From: Hypanus sabinus
Taxonomy: Eukaryota
DNA: 64,000 bases
NCBI RefSeq assembly: GCF_030144855.1
Contig: NC_082712.1
Location: 49,414,001 to 49,478,000, forward strand
Direction of reading: 5' to 3'
Numbering within the stretch: position 1 is the stretch's first letter; every line of letters starts with the position of its first letter. This document shows positions 49,378 through 62,620 of the stretch, piece by piece. The notes below the pieces were generated by a model, which was not told the origin of the DNA, did not search any database, and saw nothing but the letters and a program-made list of their open reading frames with translations. The position numbers and the translations under genes were made by a program.

Positions 49378-51780
49378 ATAAATTGAATTGACTTTATTAC
49401 TTATATCCTTCACATACATGAGTAAAAATCTTTACGTTATGTGTCCGTCAAATGTGCAAAGTAAAATTTATAGTAATTTGTATTAAATAGAATGTGCAAC
49501 AGGACAGTCAATATAACATAGAAATACAATTGTATCAGTGAAAATTAATCAGTCTCTGGCCTGGTGGAAGAAGCTGCCCTGGAGTCTGTTGGGCCAGGCT
49601 TTTATGCTGTGGTACCATTTTTTTGGATGGTAGCAAGTAGAACAGTTTGTGGTTGGGGTGACTCAGGTCCCCAATGATCATTCGGGCTTTCTTTAGACAC
49701 CTGCCTTTGTAAACATCCTGAATAGTGGGAAGTTCACAACCACAAATGTGCTGGGATGCCCGCACCACTCTCTGCAGAGTCCTGCGATTGAGGGAAGTAC
49801 AGTTCCCATACCAGGCAGTGATGCAGCCAGTCAGGATGCTCTCAATTGTGCCCCTGTAGAAAGTTCTTAGGATTTTGGGGCTCATACAAAACATCTTCAG
49901 CTGTCTGAGGTGAAAGAGACTCTGTTGTGCTTTTTTCACCACACAGCCAGTATATACAGACCATGTGAGATGTTCGGTGACATGTATGCCAAGGAATTTA
50001 AAGCTATTCACCCTCTCAACCCCAGATTCATTGTTGTCAATAGGGGTTAGCCTGTCTCCATTCCTCTTGTAGACCACAACCAGCTCCTTTGTTTTTGCGA
50101 CATTGAAGGAGAGGTTGTTTTCTTGACACCATTGTGTCAGGGTGATGACTGCTTTGTAAACTACCTTGTTAGTATTTGAGATCAGCCCAATCAGCAGATT
50201 TAATTAGCAGATTGGAGCTGTGGGTGGTGACACAGTCATGGGTATACAGAGAGTAAAGGAGGGGGTTAGGACACATCCTTGAGGGGCACCTGTGTTGAGG
50301 GTCAGAGGGGCAGAGGTGAGGGAGCCCGTTCTTACCACCTGCCGGCGATCTGACAGGAAGTCCAAGATCCCGCTGCACAAGGCAGGGTCAAGGCCGAGGT
50401 CTTTGAGCTTCTTGTTGAGCCTTGGTGGAACTATGGTGCTGAATGCTGAACTGTAGTCCAAGAACAGCATTCTCACATAAGCATCCTTCTTCTCCAGATG
50501 TGTAAGGATGGTGTGTAGAGCTGTGGCTATTGCATTATCTGTCAATTGAATGCATTGGTAGGTAAACTGTAGGGGGTCTAATGTGGATGATAGCATGTTG
50601 CAGATGCAGTCCTTGACCACCCTCTCAAAGTATTTGCTTATTATTGAGGTGAGTGTGACAGGACACCAGTCATTCAGACATGCTACCTTGGTCTTTTTAG
50701 ACACAGGGACAATGGCAGATGTTTTGAAGCAGGAGGGCACTCTACACTGGGAGATAGAGAGATTAAAAATGTCTGTAAGCGTACCTGCCAGTTGTGCCAT
50801 GCACTGTTGGAACTGATGATCTAGGGTTTCTGGTTTGGATAGACCCTGGCTGATTTTTGGGGGACAACATCCTTGATGCACTTCAAGATGAAGCTCGTGA
50901 CCCCTTCCATGAACTCAGAGACATCCTCATCATGAAAGACATTCCAGTTGACGTCATCAAAGCAGTCCTGAGACTGATTGGAGACTGATTGGTCAGACCA
51001 ACAGTGGACGGTTTTAACTATGGCTGCCTCTTGTTTAAGCTTCTGCTTGTACACCAGCAGAAGCAAGACGGTGGAGTGATCCGACTTTCTGACCAGCGGG
51101 CGGAGGGGCACTTTGTAAGTGTTGTGGAAGGGAGAGTAGCAGTGGTTGAATATGTTATCTCCCCTTGTGCTCACCTAGATATGTTGACAAAACTTCAGAG
51201 AGACTTTAGACAATGATGCTCTATTAAAGTCTCCAGCAATGATGCAGGCAGCCTCTACGTGTGCAGTCTCCAGGTCTTCTCCAGTTCCTTGAGGGCCAGG
51301 TCAGTATCAGCCTGGGGCGGAATGTACACCACTGTGATGGTAACAGACGTGAACTCCCTAAGCAGCCAGTAGGGTCTGCACAGCAGCACAAGGTACTCCA
51401 TATCCGGGGAACAAAACGATTTGAGGACATGCACATTCCGGGGGTCACACCAAGCATTATCGAACATGAAGCATACCCCACCTCCTTTACTCTTCCCAGA
51501 GAGGTTTTTTGACCTGTCTGCCAGAACAGGGAGAATCCAAAGGGCTCGATGGCATGATCCGGTACCTCCTCCATCAGCCAGGTCTCCACGAAGCACAAAA
51601 CATTATATTCCTTTGTTTCCCACTGATAGGAGATTCTGGTTCTCAATTCACACAGCTTGTTGTCCGGGGTCTGAACAGCAGCCAGGAGCATGCTAGGGAG
51701 TGGCAGCCGATTAGTACGGCATCTCAACCTCATCAGGCCGCTGGCCCTTCTCCCTTGCCTCCAACACCACTTCCAAGGTA
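49378..51780 (-). mobile_element. Near-full-length decayed Rex1/Babar-clade LINE (APE endonuclease and RT)
   Basis: [93 protein letters not shown] across frameshifted ORFs; (caatt)n tail. Confidence 0.93.
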
Positions 51781-51828
51781 GTGGCGGTGTAATTGATGGG
51801 CCTCCCAAATGGAATTGCATAATGAAAG

Positions 51829-52045
51829 AACAACACACACAAAATGCTGATGGAACACAGCAGGCTAGGCAGCATCTATAGGGAGAAGCGATGTTGATGT
51901 TTCGGGCCGAGACCCTTTGTCAGGACTAGTCTCGGCCCGAAATGTTGACAGCGCTTCTCCCTATAGATGCTGCCTAGCCTGCTGTGTTCCACCAGCATTA
52001 TGTATGTGTTGTTTGAATTTCCAGCATCTGCAGGTTTCCTCGTGT
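51829..52045. mobile_element. Palindromic non-autonomous Penelope-pLTR derivative with TSD
   Basis: 85-bp inverted arms at 51829-51913 and 51929-52013; direct repeat ttgcataatgaaag at 51815-51828 and 52046-52059. Confidence 0.88.
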
Positions 52046-52179
52046 TTGCATAATGAAAGCATTGCTTGCTTTTAAAGCTTTCTTCTCTGTACATACATTT
52101 GCTTGGCTTGGGTAATAAAACTGGTAAAAACCTAAGGTGAAAGAAATGGCTATTGTCACCAAAAATAAATATAATTATC

Positions 52180-53520
52180 CAAGTATATATGTGTTATCAT
52201 ATACTACCTTGAGATTTATTTCCTCACAGTCATTTACAGGAAAAATAAAGAAATACAATAGAATCTATGAGAAGCCATATATAAGCAAAGACTGACAAAC
52301 AATCAAAGTGCAAAAGACAAACTGTGCAAGTAAAAACAAACTATGATACTGAGAATGTGAGTCATAAAGAAAAATTGAAAATGAGTCTGTAGCTTATAGA
52401 ATCAGTTCAGAGTCATGGTGCGTGTATGCTGGTTCAGGAGCCTGATGGTTGTATGGTAATAACTGTCCCTGAACCTGGTGGTGTGGGACCTAAGCCTGAT
52501 GGTAGCAGTGAGAAGAGAGCATGACCTGGATGGTGGGGATCTTTGATGGTGCTTTCCTGTGGCCGCACTGCATGTAAATGTATTCAAAGGTGTGGGGGAG
52601 CTCTGCCTGTGACGGACAGCGCTGCATCCATCATTTTTGTAGTTTTTCCTGCTCATGTGGATTGCTGTTTCTAACTAGTCAGGGTATTATCCACCATACA
52701 TCTATAGAATGTTGTCAACATGTTTTGGTGACATGCCAAACTTACACAAACTTCTAAGAAAGTAGAGGCGGTGATAAGCCTTCTTTATGATTGCACTTTT
52801 ATTCCACAACAGATACTCTGATATGTTTGTGGCAAGGAATTTAAAGCTACCTTCACCCCTCATCTCCAATCCCCTGATGAGGACTGGCTCACAGACCTCC
52901 AGCTTCTTCCTCCTGCAGTTGATAATCAGCTCTTTGCTTTTGTTGATGCTGAGTGAGAGGCCATTGTTGTGGCACCACTCAGCCAGATTTTTAATCTCCC
53001 TCCTATATGCCAATTCATCAGCATCTTTGATCTGTCCAACAACAGTGGTGTCATCAACAAACTTAAATATGACATTGGTGCTGTCCTTAGCCACACATTC
53101 ATGGGTATAAATTAAGTAAAGCTGGGGATAACCACGCAGACTTGTGTTACAGCGATGCTGATGGTGAGTGTGGAGGAGATGCTGTTTCCAATCCATAGTA
53201 ACTGGGATCCGTCAGTAAGGAAATCAAGGATTTAGTTGCACAGGGAAGTATCAAGGCATGGGATTTCATGATTTTTCAAGGGGATGATAGTATTGAATGC
53301 TGTGCTGTTGTCAATGACAGCATCCCGATGTATGGATCTTCATTATCCCAGGTGTTCCCGAGCTGAGCGAGGAGCCAATGGAATGGCACCGGATGTTGAT
53401 CTGTCATGATGGTAGGCCAGTTGGAGTGGATCCAGGTCACGCCTCAGTCAGGAGTTGACATGTTTCATGAACAGCATCTCGAAGAACTTTATCACACTGG
53501 ATATACGTGTAAGCAAAGCA
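52180..53520 (-). mobile_element. Rex1/Babar-clade LINE, 5'-truncated
   Basis: ORF 52702-53196 YTHECVAK..FKFVDDTTVVG..AYRREIKNLAEWC..KKAYHRLYFLRSL. Confidence 0.88.
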
Positions 53521-53669
53521 AACAAAAAAAAACTGTAGCTAATTAAAACAGAAAATGTTGGAGATGTTCAGCAAATCATGAGACAGAATTAATGCTTCAG
53601 GACTATGAATTTTCATTGATTAGAAGTGCTAATTCTGTTTCTCTCAACATGAATGCTGGGTAACCTTGT

Positions 53670-54030
53670 GAGTATTTCAATAGTTCCATTTAATATCAGA
53701 GAAATGTATACGATGTACATCTTGAAATTGGTCTCTTCGCAGACATCCATGAAAACAGAAGTGTGTTCCAAAGAATGAGTGACGGTTAAAACATTAGAAC
53801 CCCAGAGTCCCCTCCCATGCACAAGCAGCAGCAAAACCGATTTCCCCCCCTCCCCGGCCCCACTCAATTCTGCAATAAAAACCTTACCCCCTCCACCCAC
53901 CATGCAGTAAAAGCAAAGCCCCTACTGAACACCATGAACTGCAGTACAACAAAACTAACTAGTCACCCAACAGTTCGACATACCATGGGCTTTCTCGCTA
54001 ATAAAGGGGAAAAGGGATATTCCCCGAATT
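53670..54030 (-). mobile_element. Unclassified retroposon 3' part (same family as 17916-18715), nested in a degenerate pLTR-type element
   Basis: gcacaagcagcagca..accccctccacccaccatgcag..aaagc is shared with ~18015-18110. Confidence 0.5.
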
Positions 54031-54099
54031 TTCTAGTTCCAATATGAATATGGATGTATCTTGCTCTGACTAAGAACAACAAGGGTTTGTAGCACAAAG

Positions 54100-54880
54100 A
54101 GTAGAGCCAAAACTTTTAGTCCCTTATTGTGGAACTTGAAGATATAGAACAATGGAGATATTAAAATATACAGCAAATGGCAGGATCCCAAGGAGAATTG
54201 ACATATAGAAGTATCTTGTGGTGAAAACCTTTGAAGGTGGCAAAATAAGTGGATAGGATGGTGAAGAAGGTGAACAACATGATTGCTGCTTGCCTCAGCC
54301 AGGGTGTTGAGTTTCGAAGTTGAGAAATCATGTTACAGTTATACAAAAATTTGCTTACAGTATTATATGGAGTTTCGTTGCTGTGTTAAAGGAAGGATGT
54401 GAAGGGTGCAGAAGCTCATGAGGATATTGCCTGGATTAGAGTGTCTGAACCATAAGGTGAGCTTGGACAAAGTTGGATTGTTTACTTTGGAGTATTAGAG
54501 GCTGAGCAGCAACCTGGGGGAGGTATATAAAATTATGGGAAGCATTGATGGGATGGCTAGTTGGTATCTTTTGCCCCAGTGGAAATATCAGAATTTTGAG
54601 AGGAGAGGGGAAAATTTAAAGAAGATACTAAAAGAAGATATTTTAAGAGTGTAAGTGCCTGAACACGTTGCCAGGGGAACTAGTGGAAGCAGATATGATG
54701 GCACCATTTAAGAAAAGTTCAGACTGGCTCATGAAAATGCAGAGAATAGAGGGATATAGATCATGTGCAGGTAGTTAGGATTAATTGAAAATGGTATCAG
54801 TCAGCTCAGGACTGGAGGGCCTGTAGTTATACTCTCAATGCTTACAAAAAACTTGCTATACTATTCTATGTTCCTAGTTT
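54100..54880 (+). mobile_element. CR1 3' portion, degenerate
   Basis: gcaaaataagtggataggatggtgaagaagg..gatattgcctggattagag..gtagtggaagcag-like segments and CR1 tail. Confidence 0.7.
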
Positions 54881-55549
54881 GTTTACTTGTTGTGCAACAG
54901 CTTCTCCGTATAAATCTATTTATGTGCATGAATACATTTATGTGATTCCAGTGCACAAAAACATACAGGTAATTGATTGATTTACATGGATGTACATTAA
55001 TGCAGGCATAACCGCTCTATGGTTAAAAGATAATCTTCGTCAAGTTTTGGTACTGTGCTGTCAGGATATAGAGCCAATCTTAATGTTTTAGTTCGTTTTT
55101 CAAATATTTTTCATGGAAGAACTTCTTTCATTTCATTCTCAGTCCTCAATTACAAAGCTGTAAAGGCTTTACAGAACTTTGTGCAAAGTAATTAAGACAT
55201 CTGAGAACTTCAATGCATTCATATCATGTTTCCTTGCCATTTTAAGGTTTCCAATTGTATACATGGCAATGATTTCCAATAAAAGTATGAGTTGAGCTGT
55301 GCTGGACACAGTCAACTGCTCAGTCTTGCAATACCTTCCCACTCACAGTTACTGTTTCTAGATGTGGAGTCCAGATTGACTTGACCTACCACCCCCTGCA
55401 CTTTTGAGGTACCACAGGAGTCACTGTGGGCTCTCTGCAGCCCTGCTCTATAATGTCTTTCAACAGTTCTTGCTATTAAATGATTTTAAATGCATTTGAC
55501 TAAAGAAGCTAAAAACTATTTAAAACATTAAACAATTATTAAAGCAGAG

Positions 55550-55890
55550 TTGTAGAGTCACAGATAGACTCAGCATAGAAACAAGACAATCATCCCAGTG
55601 AGTGTGTGCTTCAATCTGACATCAATTTACACTCATCCCACAATAATCCCATTTCACTTTCTAACCCAAATTCCCAACAACTCCCCCCTGAATCTACCAC
55701 TCATACATACTATGGGCCAATTAATCTACCAACTCATTCATTTCTGCATCGTGGGAGGAAACCAGAGAACCTTGAAGAAATCCACACAGAAGGACATGAA
55801 CGCTGCATGCAGACAGCACCGAAGGCCAGGATTGAACCAGAGTCTTTGGTACAGAGAGTGAGCAGGCTCTTTTGTTGCATCACTGTGCCA
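55550..55890 (-). mobile_element. HE1/V-SINE-like SINE
   Basis: gtgggaggaaaccagagaaccttgaagaaatccacacag..cagacagcaccgaaggccaggattgaacc. Confidence 0.7.
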
Positions 55891-57949
55891 CCAATGTTAA
55901 AACACTATAAGATAATGAAGTTGCTTGAAGAGTATGAACAACTAATTTGAAATATTGTACTGAAGAAAACTCAGTTGGCTATTTTACACCAGCCATTCAC
56001 ACAAACTGCCTTCAGCATTTCAGCATTCTCCTCACTGCCTTTCATGTTTACCCGCATGTCAGTGAGTCCATTCCCTACCCACTGCCAGTAGGCTAGCAAG
56101 CAAATTGCCCCTGGTTCCTCACTCCAGCAGCAGTGCAGGAAGTTAGGCATGTTGACAGCTAAACTCCATGTTTCTTTAGACCTCCACCTTTGTCCATACA
56201 TACCTGGAAGCCTAAAACAAGATGAGTTGTAAATAGTTATCACTAGCAGCTCTCTGGCCGTCTGCCAACTTAGTTCAACCGAACAGAGAGTGTGTTAAGT
56301 GTTTACGTGTAGATACCGTCAGCAATAAATTCTCCACATAGCTTGCTTTTGCAGTAAGCTGATAGTTCCACATAAACTCTCCATGAATACGCTATGCCAG
56401 ATTTGGTCTGTGCAAAGATCTGTTAGTTATTAAAAGAATATTATAGCTTGTCACGGAACATCCAGCATGCCTCTTGCCAATGAAAACTGTCAAAGGAGAA
56501 ACTAGCACAATAAGTCAGGAAACAGTGTACTGGAATCATTTAATGAAGTGTACCACAATATTGCCTTGTAACCATTTAAAAATGTATCAATGCAAAAGTG
56601 GACATAAAAGTACTTCATGGATAATCTGTGAATAAGACTTGCTTTGATACGTTTCTCTGTCATGCTGCTTTTCAGATGCAATTTCCAGCAACTATTAATC
56701 TCACTTACAAATCAGCATCAACTCTGACGTCTTAACTCAAGATCTGACATTGGATTACTCTGTGGATCTAAGGTACCCATGTGAAATTTGGAATTCTGAC
56801 AAGTCCAAGTACTGATTTATTTCTGATCCTTGCTTTTGATATAAATCTGATGAGAAAAGCAGCATCTGTTTGGCAGAATAATAGTTGAGCTTTTATTTGT
56901 GATCAGAAATTTTGTTTTAATCATGCCTTTGGGTAAATGACAAACTATACTAAATTCCTAGCACGGAAACAAGCCATTCAGTCTGACTGTTTTATACGGG
57001 GTTTCATTTTCCATACTTGCTTACTTCCTCTCTAATTTATTTCATGGTGTCGCATTCCCTTCAGTTTTTCATGAACTTAGAATTGCCCCTGCTGATTGAA
57101 AAACTATTGATCTCAAATATATGCTGCCTGCACCATTCACAATTTCTTTCTGAATAAGGAGATTTCCCAAATTCCAGAATGGAGTCATTCAGAAACAGAG
57201 TCCTCTATCTTTAGATACTCTAAATTCCTGATTCAGTTCTATCACATCCATTCCTATGATTTGTCTAATTCGAAGCATGAGTTGGTCATTTGCCTCTCCA
57301 GATTGCTCCTCTCTTCAATAAGGTCACAGTTGATCTGACTGAAATTTCATCCCAGATCCCTTTCCACTTACAATAACCTTTCCTGGTCAGCTATGTGGAC
57401 GCTATGGTCAAGAAAGCACACCCTCATCTTTACTTTGTCAGAAGTAAGGAAATTCAACGTGTCTCAATGACTCTCACCCATTTCTTTACAGATGCACCAA
57501 GCAGCCAATCATCACTGATTACACCACAGATATAGTCTGGATCAACAACAATGATGCAATGAAGTGTATGAAAGAGATTGAAAACCATATGTCACGATGT
57601 CAGAACAACAGCCTAGCCCAAATAGTCGACGAGATAAAAGAACAATTGTTAATCCAAGGAAGAAGCGGTGAACACAGCTGTCTTCATCAATTGAACTGTT
57701 ATAGAGATAGACACCAGTTTCAAATTACTGTGTGCAATTGCAAAGACTGATTGTAATGCTAATGATGACAACATTAATATGAAAGACCAAAGAGAAGATT
57801 TTAAGACAGAGAGTGGCACAACGCCAAAGTCACTCTTGCTGGTTGGGCAACTGAAGACATCTTGGATGAGGCAGATGTGTTTTGGACACCAAAAACAGAT
57901 GATGGACATCAAACACTTTGATGCTTATTCTGTGGCCGCAATGGAGTCC

Positions 57950-58320
57950 TAGAGAAATACATAATTGGAAGCAGCCCTTCAACCCAACTTGTCCATGTCA
58001 AACCAAGATGCTTATCTAAACTAGTACCAATTTCCCTAATTTGGCATGTATCACAAAACCTTTCCCCTTCACATTCATATCCAAGTGTCTTTTTAATGTT
58101 GTCATTGCACCTGCTTCAACCTTTTTGTCTGGCAGCTTGCACCATCCTCTGCGTGAAGAAGTTGTTTCACAAATCCCCTTTAAATCCTTCCCCTCTCACC
58201 ATGAACTTTTGTCATGTGGTCTTTGATTCCCCTTCCCTCAGTAAAAAAAAACTTTGTGCATTCACCCTATCTGTGCCCCCACCAAGATTTTATACACCTC
58301 TATAAAGACACCCTTCAATC
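57950..58320 (-). mobile_element. CR1 3' end
   Basis: gcccttcaacccaacttgtccatg..tccaagtgtcttttta..caccctatctgtgccc..attttatacacctctataa. Confidence 0.7.
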
Positions 58321-59429
58321 TTGGGAGAAATGGCACAGTTAAGGAAGCAACTATGATTATTTTATCTAATGGTATAATTTAGCAGGCAGATTACATTAGG
58401 ATGCATTGTACAGGGTTGTGCCTGCTCCATTATATCCTCTGTTCTGTCAGTGATCTTACAATGTTTATAAAAATTATGCATATCATATGCTACTTATTCA
58501 AACTGCAATTTAAAATACATTGCTATTTTCATAAGCTTCAAATGTCAAATCTGAACTGCAGCAAAGATGATCATTTACTGACAAGAAGATTTGGCAGCTG
58601 GTTACCCAAGTGTCTGCTGTGTATTTGCTATTCTACGACACACCAATACAATTCTCTGCATGCATGGCATGATTGTTGATGGGAACGCTGACAATTGAAG
58701 AATAGATTTTTATATTGCAGAAAGCCATCTTGCAAAGTTGGGGGAATTGGAGATGTGAAATTTGGCCTCTCTCAAGCTAAGTATTAAAACTTTCCTCTCT
58801 TCTGTATTTTCCTACTTTAATTCACTCCAAGTACATAATGAACAGCTGTGAGCCATTTAACCTCTTGAGCTTGTCCTTCCATTCAATTAAATCATGGATG
58901 GTTAGTACCTTGACTTTTACATACTTTTCTCCATATCTTTTGATTTGTCTTTCTATGAAACAGCCTTCCACCTTAGTTTGCAAATGTCAAAATCAAGGCT
59001 GGCATTTCAGTATTGATGACATGCTATGTTATCAAAAGTGCTGTCTGCCAAATGAGACTACATCGCCCATTCAGAAGTATTAAGATTTCTCATGAGATTA
59101 ATTTAAAAAGAGCAGTACTCACTCATGCACAATTTCATTTTTATCACCAAACCAGTATCACTGAAACATATTTGTGTTAAATTCAAATGCAATAGGAAGT
59201 TAGCACAAATAATCTGTGTCCTTGTATAACTCTAATGACCTCACAATACAGGTCCTTACAACTGACTGAACTGGAGCACAGCCTGTAAATACGAAGAAAT
59301 GTTTGCGAGACCAGTGGGATGTATTTATCAAATACTGAAGTGTAGGAACTTGGTTTGTGACCTCATTTCTGACTTGTGATTGCTTAAGTTATGAAAATTT
59401 CACAGCTACAGTTCCATGTCATAACTTCA

Positions 59430-59990
59430 GGCTCGGCCCGAAACATTGACTGTACTTCTTCCTATAGATGCTACCTGGCCTGCTGCATTCTACCAGTATT
59501 TTGTGTGACAACTCGTTCTCCACTCACATTGTGAAAAGACACTGGATGCAGGCAACAACTGATCATATCTCTGCACATGGTCTAAGCCTTTTACCTCCGG
59601 GCAATTCAAGTGCTCATATTGGTACCTATTAAACATAGTGATAGTATCTTACTGCAGCACCTAATCAGACAATATGTTTCAGATTATAACCACCCTCTGG
59701 GTGAAGAAACTTACTCTCAGATCCCCTCTAAACCTCTTAATCCTCACCACAAGCCTTTCCCTCTGATCTCAGTCTCTTTGTGATGAAGAGAAGTTTCTCC
59801 CTATCTACACCTGCTGTAGTTGTGTACTCGTTGACCAGGTTCCCCCTTAGCTTCTGCTCAGTGCAGATCCAGTCTCTCCACATCAACAATACATTCCGTC
59901 TCAAGCAAGCAACATCTCAGTAGATCAACTCTGCATCTCCTACAGTGCAGCCACATCAAAACTCCAACTGTGGCCAAATCGACATTCTCT
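59430..59990. mobile_element. Penelope pLTR fragment (+, 59430-59508) followed by a degenerate CR1 3' fragment (-)
   Basis: ctcggcccgaaacattgactg..atagatgctacctggcctgctg; accaccctctgggtgaaga..cagatcccctctaaac. Confidence 0.6.
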
Positions 59991-60119
59991 AGATTTGTAC
60001 TGAGACCTTTCTGAATGTACGTTTGTAGATTGTATGCTTCTTCTGTAACTGTAACCCTTTATTCTGCAATCTCTTTTCTTTTCTCGTATCGTATTTTCTC
60101 AGTGTAATTTGAATTGATT

Positions 60120-60850
60120 TAAATTTTGCATCCGTCCTACAAGATGAGGGAGTAAAGATCTTTGCATTATGACTCCTTTGAAATGTACAGACATGTGAAT
60201 TTATATGTGAGTCTAATGGCTTGTAGAAAGAAGCTGTTCCATAGTCAGTTGGTCCTGGCTTTAATGCTGTGGTACCGTTTACCAGACGAAAGTTGCTGAC
60301 AGTGAGCCTATTGATCTTCTTGGCCTTCTTTCTGAACCTAAATGTCCTCAATGAAGGGAAGTTCACATCCACGGATACACTGGGCTGTCCGTACCACCCT
60401 CTGCAGTGCCCTGTGATCAAGGTTGATGCAGTTCCTGTACCAGGCGGTGATACAGCCAGTTAGTATGCTCTCAATGGTGCCCTTGTAGAACGTCTTGAGA
60501 ATCTGGGGGCTCATGCCAAGCTTCTTCAGTCACTTGAGGTGGAAGGAATGTTGCTGTGCTTTTTTTGTCACACAGCCGGTGTGTACAGTCCAGGTGAGAT
60601 CTTTGGCGAAGTGTATACCGAGGAACTTGAAACTACTCACCTCTCAACTGCAGTCTCATTGATGTTGATCAGGGTGAGCCTGTCTCTGTTCCTCCTCTTT
60701 TGTTTTTTGGACACTGTTATCTTGACACCACGGTGTCAGGCTGTCTGTCACTGCTAGAAATAAGGCAGAGTAGATGATTTTAGATCATCTGAAATGGATG
60801 GGAGTAAAACAAAACTTCTCACTGTACCTTGCCCATGTGACAATAATAAA
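60120..60850 (-). mobile_element. Rex1/Babar LINE 3' fragment
   Basis: Homologous to 49380-50150 (caggcggtgatacagccagttagtatgctctcaatggtgccc). Confidence 0.75.
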
Positions 60851-61489
60851 CAAATGCGTTGTGCTACTGATGCAAAAAGCTTATGACCAGGGAGGGCATT
60901 TATGCCCTGTGTCTGTATATCTAACCCAACAATAAACCTGAACTTAAACTTAAACTCCACCGGACATTGGTCTGCCCAACTTCCCAGCTGATCAGTAACA
61001 TTCTGTGGCCTATGGATATTTCCCTCACTTTCAACAGCACCACCAACTTTTGAGTTATCTACAACCTCCTACAATCACATTCACTGCAAACGTTTTGAAG
61101 TATTATATATTATAAATAAACGCTGGTAACAATTCTGCTGTTTGCAGGACTCTAGTTGTGCCCTGTTGTTACAGCACAAACAGTGAAGTGGGATGACATC
61201 AGTATGTTGCACAAAGCATGTCAATGAGGCAGTTGGGTATGTTCACATGTTACATTAATTTCATTGTTGAATCATGGGAAGATGACAAATTTGCAAGACA
61301 AAGATTAGCACTAACTCTCATTGAACTGATTTTTAGTGTGCTTATTTGTCATGCAACAATAACAACACTCACTTGAGGCAGATGTCACAAGTTTAGTTAA
61401 GTCATACAAATTGGTTATTTTGGTGGTGGTACATAGAGATACCACTCCAGAAGGTGATATCACAAAGGAGGAACATCTTCCAAATTTAC

Positions 61490-61890
61490 GACTTTGAACC
61501 TGAGCGTACAGCAACAAAACAGGCCCTTTGGCCTGACTGGGCTATTCTAACTAAAATGCCCCAACCAGGCTCATCCTTTTTGCCAGTGTTCGGCCCATAA
61601 GTTTCCAAACCTTTGTAATCCATGTACATGTCCAACAAGCTTTTAAAAGTTGTTATTGTACTCACCTCATCCACTTTCTCTTGCAACTTATCCTTTGGGT
61701 AAAGGAAGGTATCAATGCACAGAATCAAAGCTGCTGGGGTTGTATACTTAGCCAGCTCCATCATGTTCCTATTCCATCTTGTGCCTCTTACCTTAAACCT
61801 ATGCCTCCTAGTTCTTGGTTCCCCAACTCTGGGAAAAGGGACTGGTGCATTCATTATGCTCCCCATGATCTTATACACCTTTATAATATT
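61490..61890 (-). mobile_element. CR1 3' end containing a small inverted insert
   Basis: IKVYKIM..FPRVGEPRTRRHRFKVRG..TFKSLLDMYM in ORF 61486-61995. Confidence 0.75.
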
Positions 61891-62089
61891 GACCCTAAGT
61901 GATATTGTAATATATAATAATATATTAGTGCCCATGATGGAGCTGGTTAAATATACAACCTCTGCAGCTTTGACCCTGTTCATTGGCACCTTCACACTTG
62001 ATGGTGATGTAACCCATCAGATTGCTCCCTGCAGTACAACTATATCTCCTCAAACTCCTAATGAAATATAGAAATGTAGATTGCATCTA

Positions 62090-62620
62090 CTGTATAAGTT
62101 GGGTGTATGCAGTGTCCAGGGAGGGTAGCACCTCTGGTGAAGGGGCTTGTTGTGTCCATTCTGGGGCAGCTCACTCACCTTTGGTCCCCACTGGACACTC
62201 AGCTCTCACCTGTGGCTCCGAGTAGCTGTTTGCATGTGATAGCAGCCATACCCTAGTACACAGCTTTGACAGGTGGGCTAAACCAGGTGAGGGTAGCTGG
62301 TGGCCTCATACCCTGATGAGACAGGGACATGCCTGTCCTAACATATGAAGTCAGCTCCGGCTGACTGGGTGGATGGGATCTACAGTGAGATTCACCAGAA
62401 GGTGGTCCTGTAATGCTTCGTGGAGATCGAAGGGCATTATAAAGCACAGAAGACGTCATGGTCATCCACAGCAATCAAGGAAGACCTCAGTTTGTCTGTA
62501 CCATTTGGACTTAGACTTCTGAGGTCAAGAGAGTGGAACTTCCCCATTGTAGTGGCTTTTCCACTTCTAAAACTCTCCTGTACAGGTTTCCTGTCATCAA
62601 CCACTACCACCATGTTCTGG
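62090..62620 (+). mobile_element. RTE-like non-autonomous retroposon
   Basis: GC-richer structured block with a 3' part resembling the 4665-5205 element (gtcatggtcatccac..aatcaagga); recognition only. Confidence 0.4.

Noticed and set aside
56676-56772. Candidate exon (ttttcag ... ag|gtaccc)
   Set aside because: Stops in all three frames and a weak donor.
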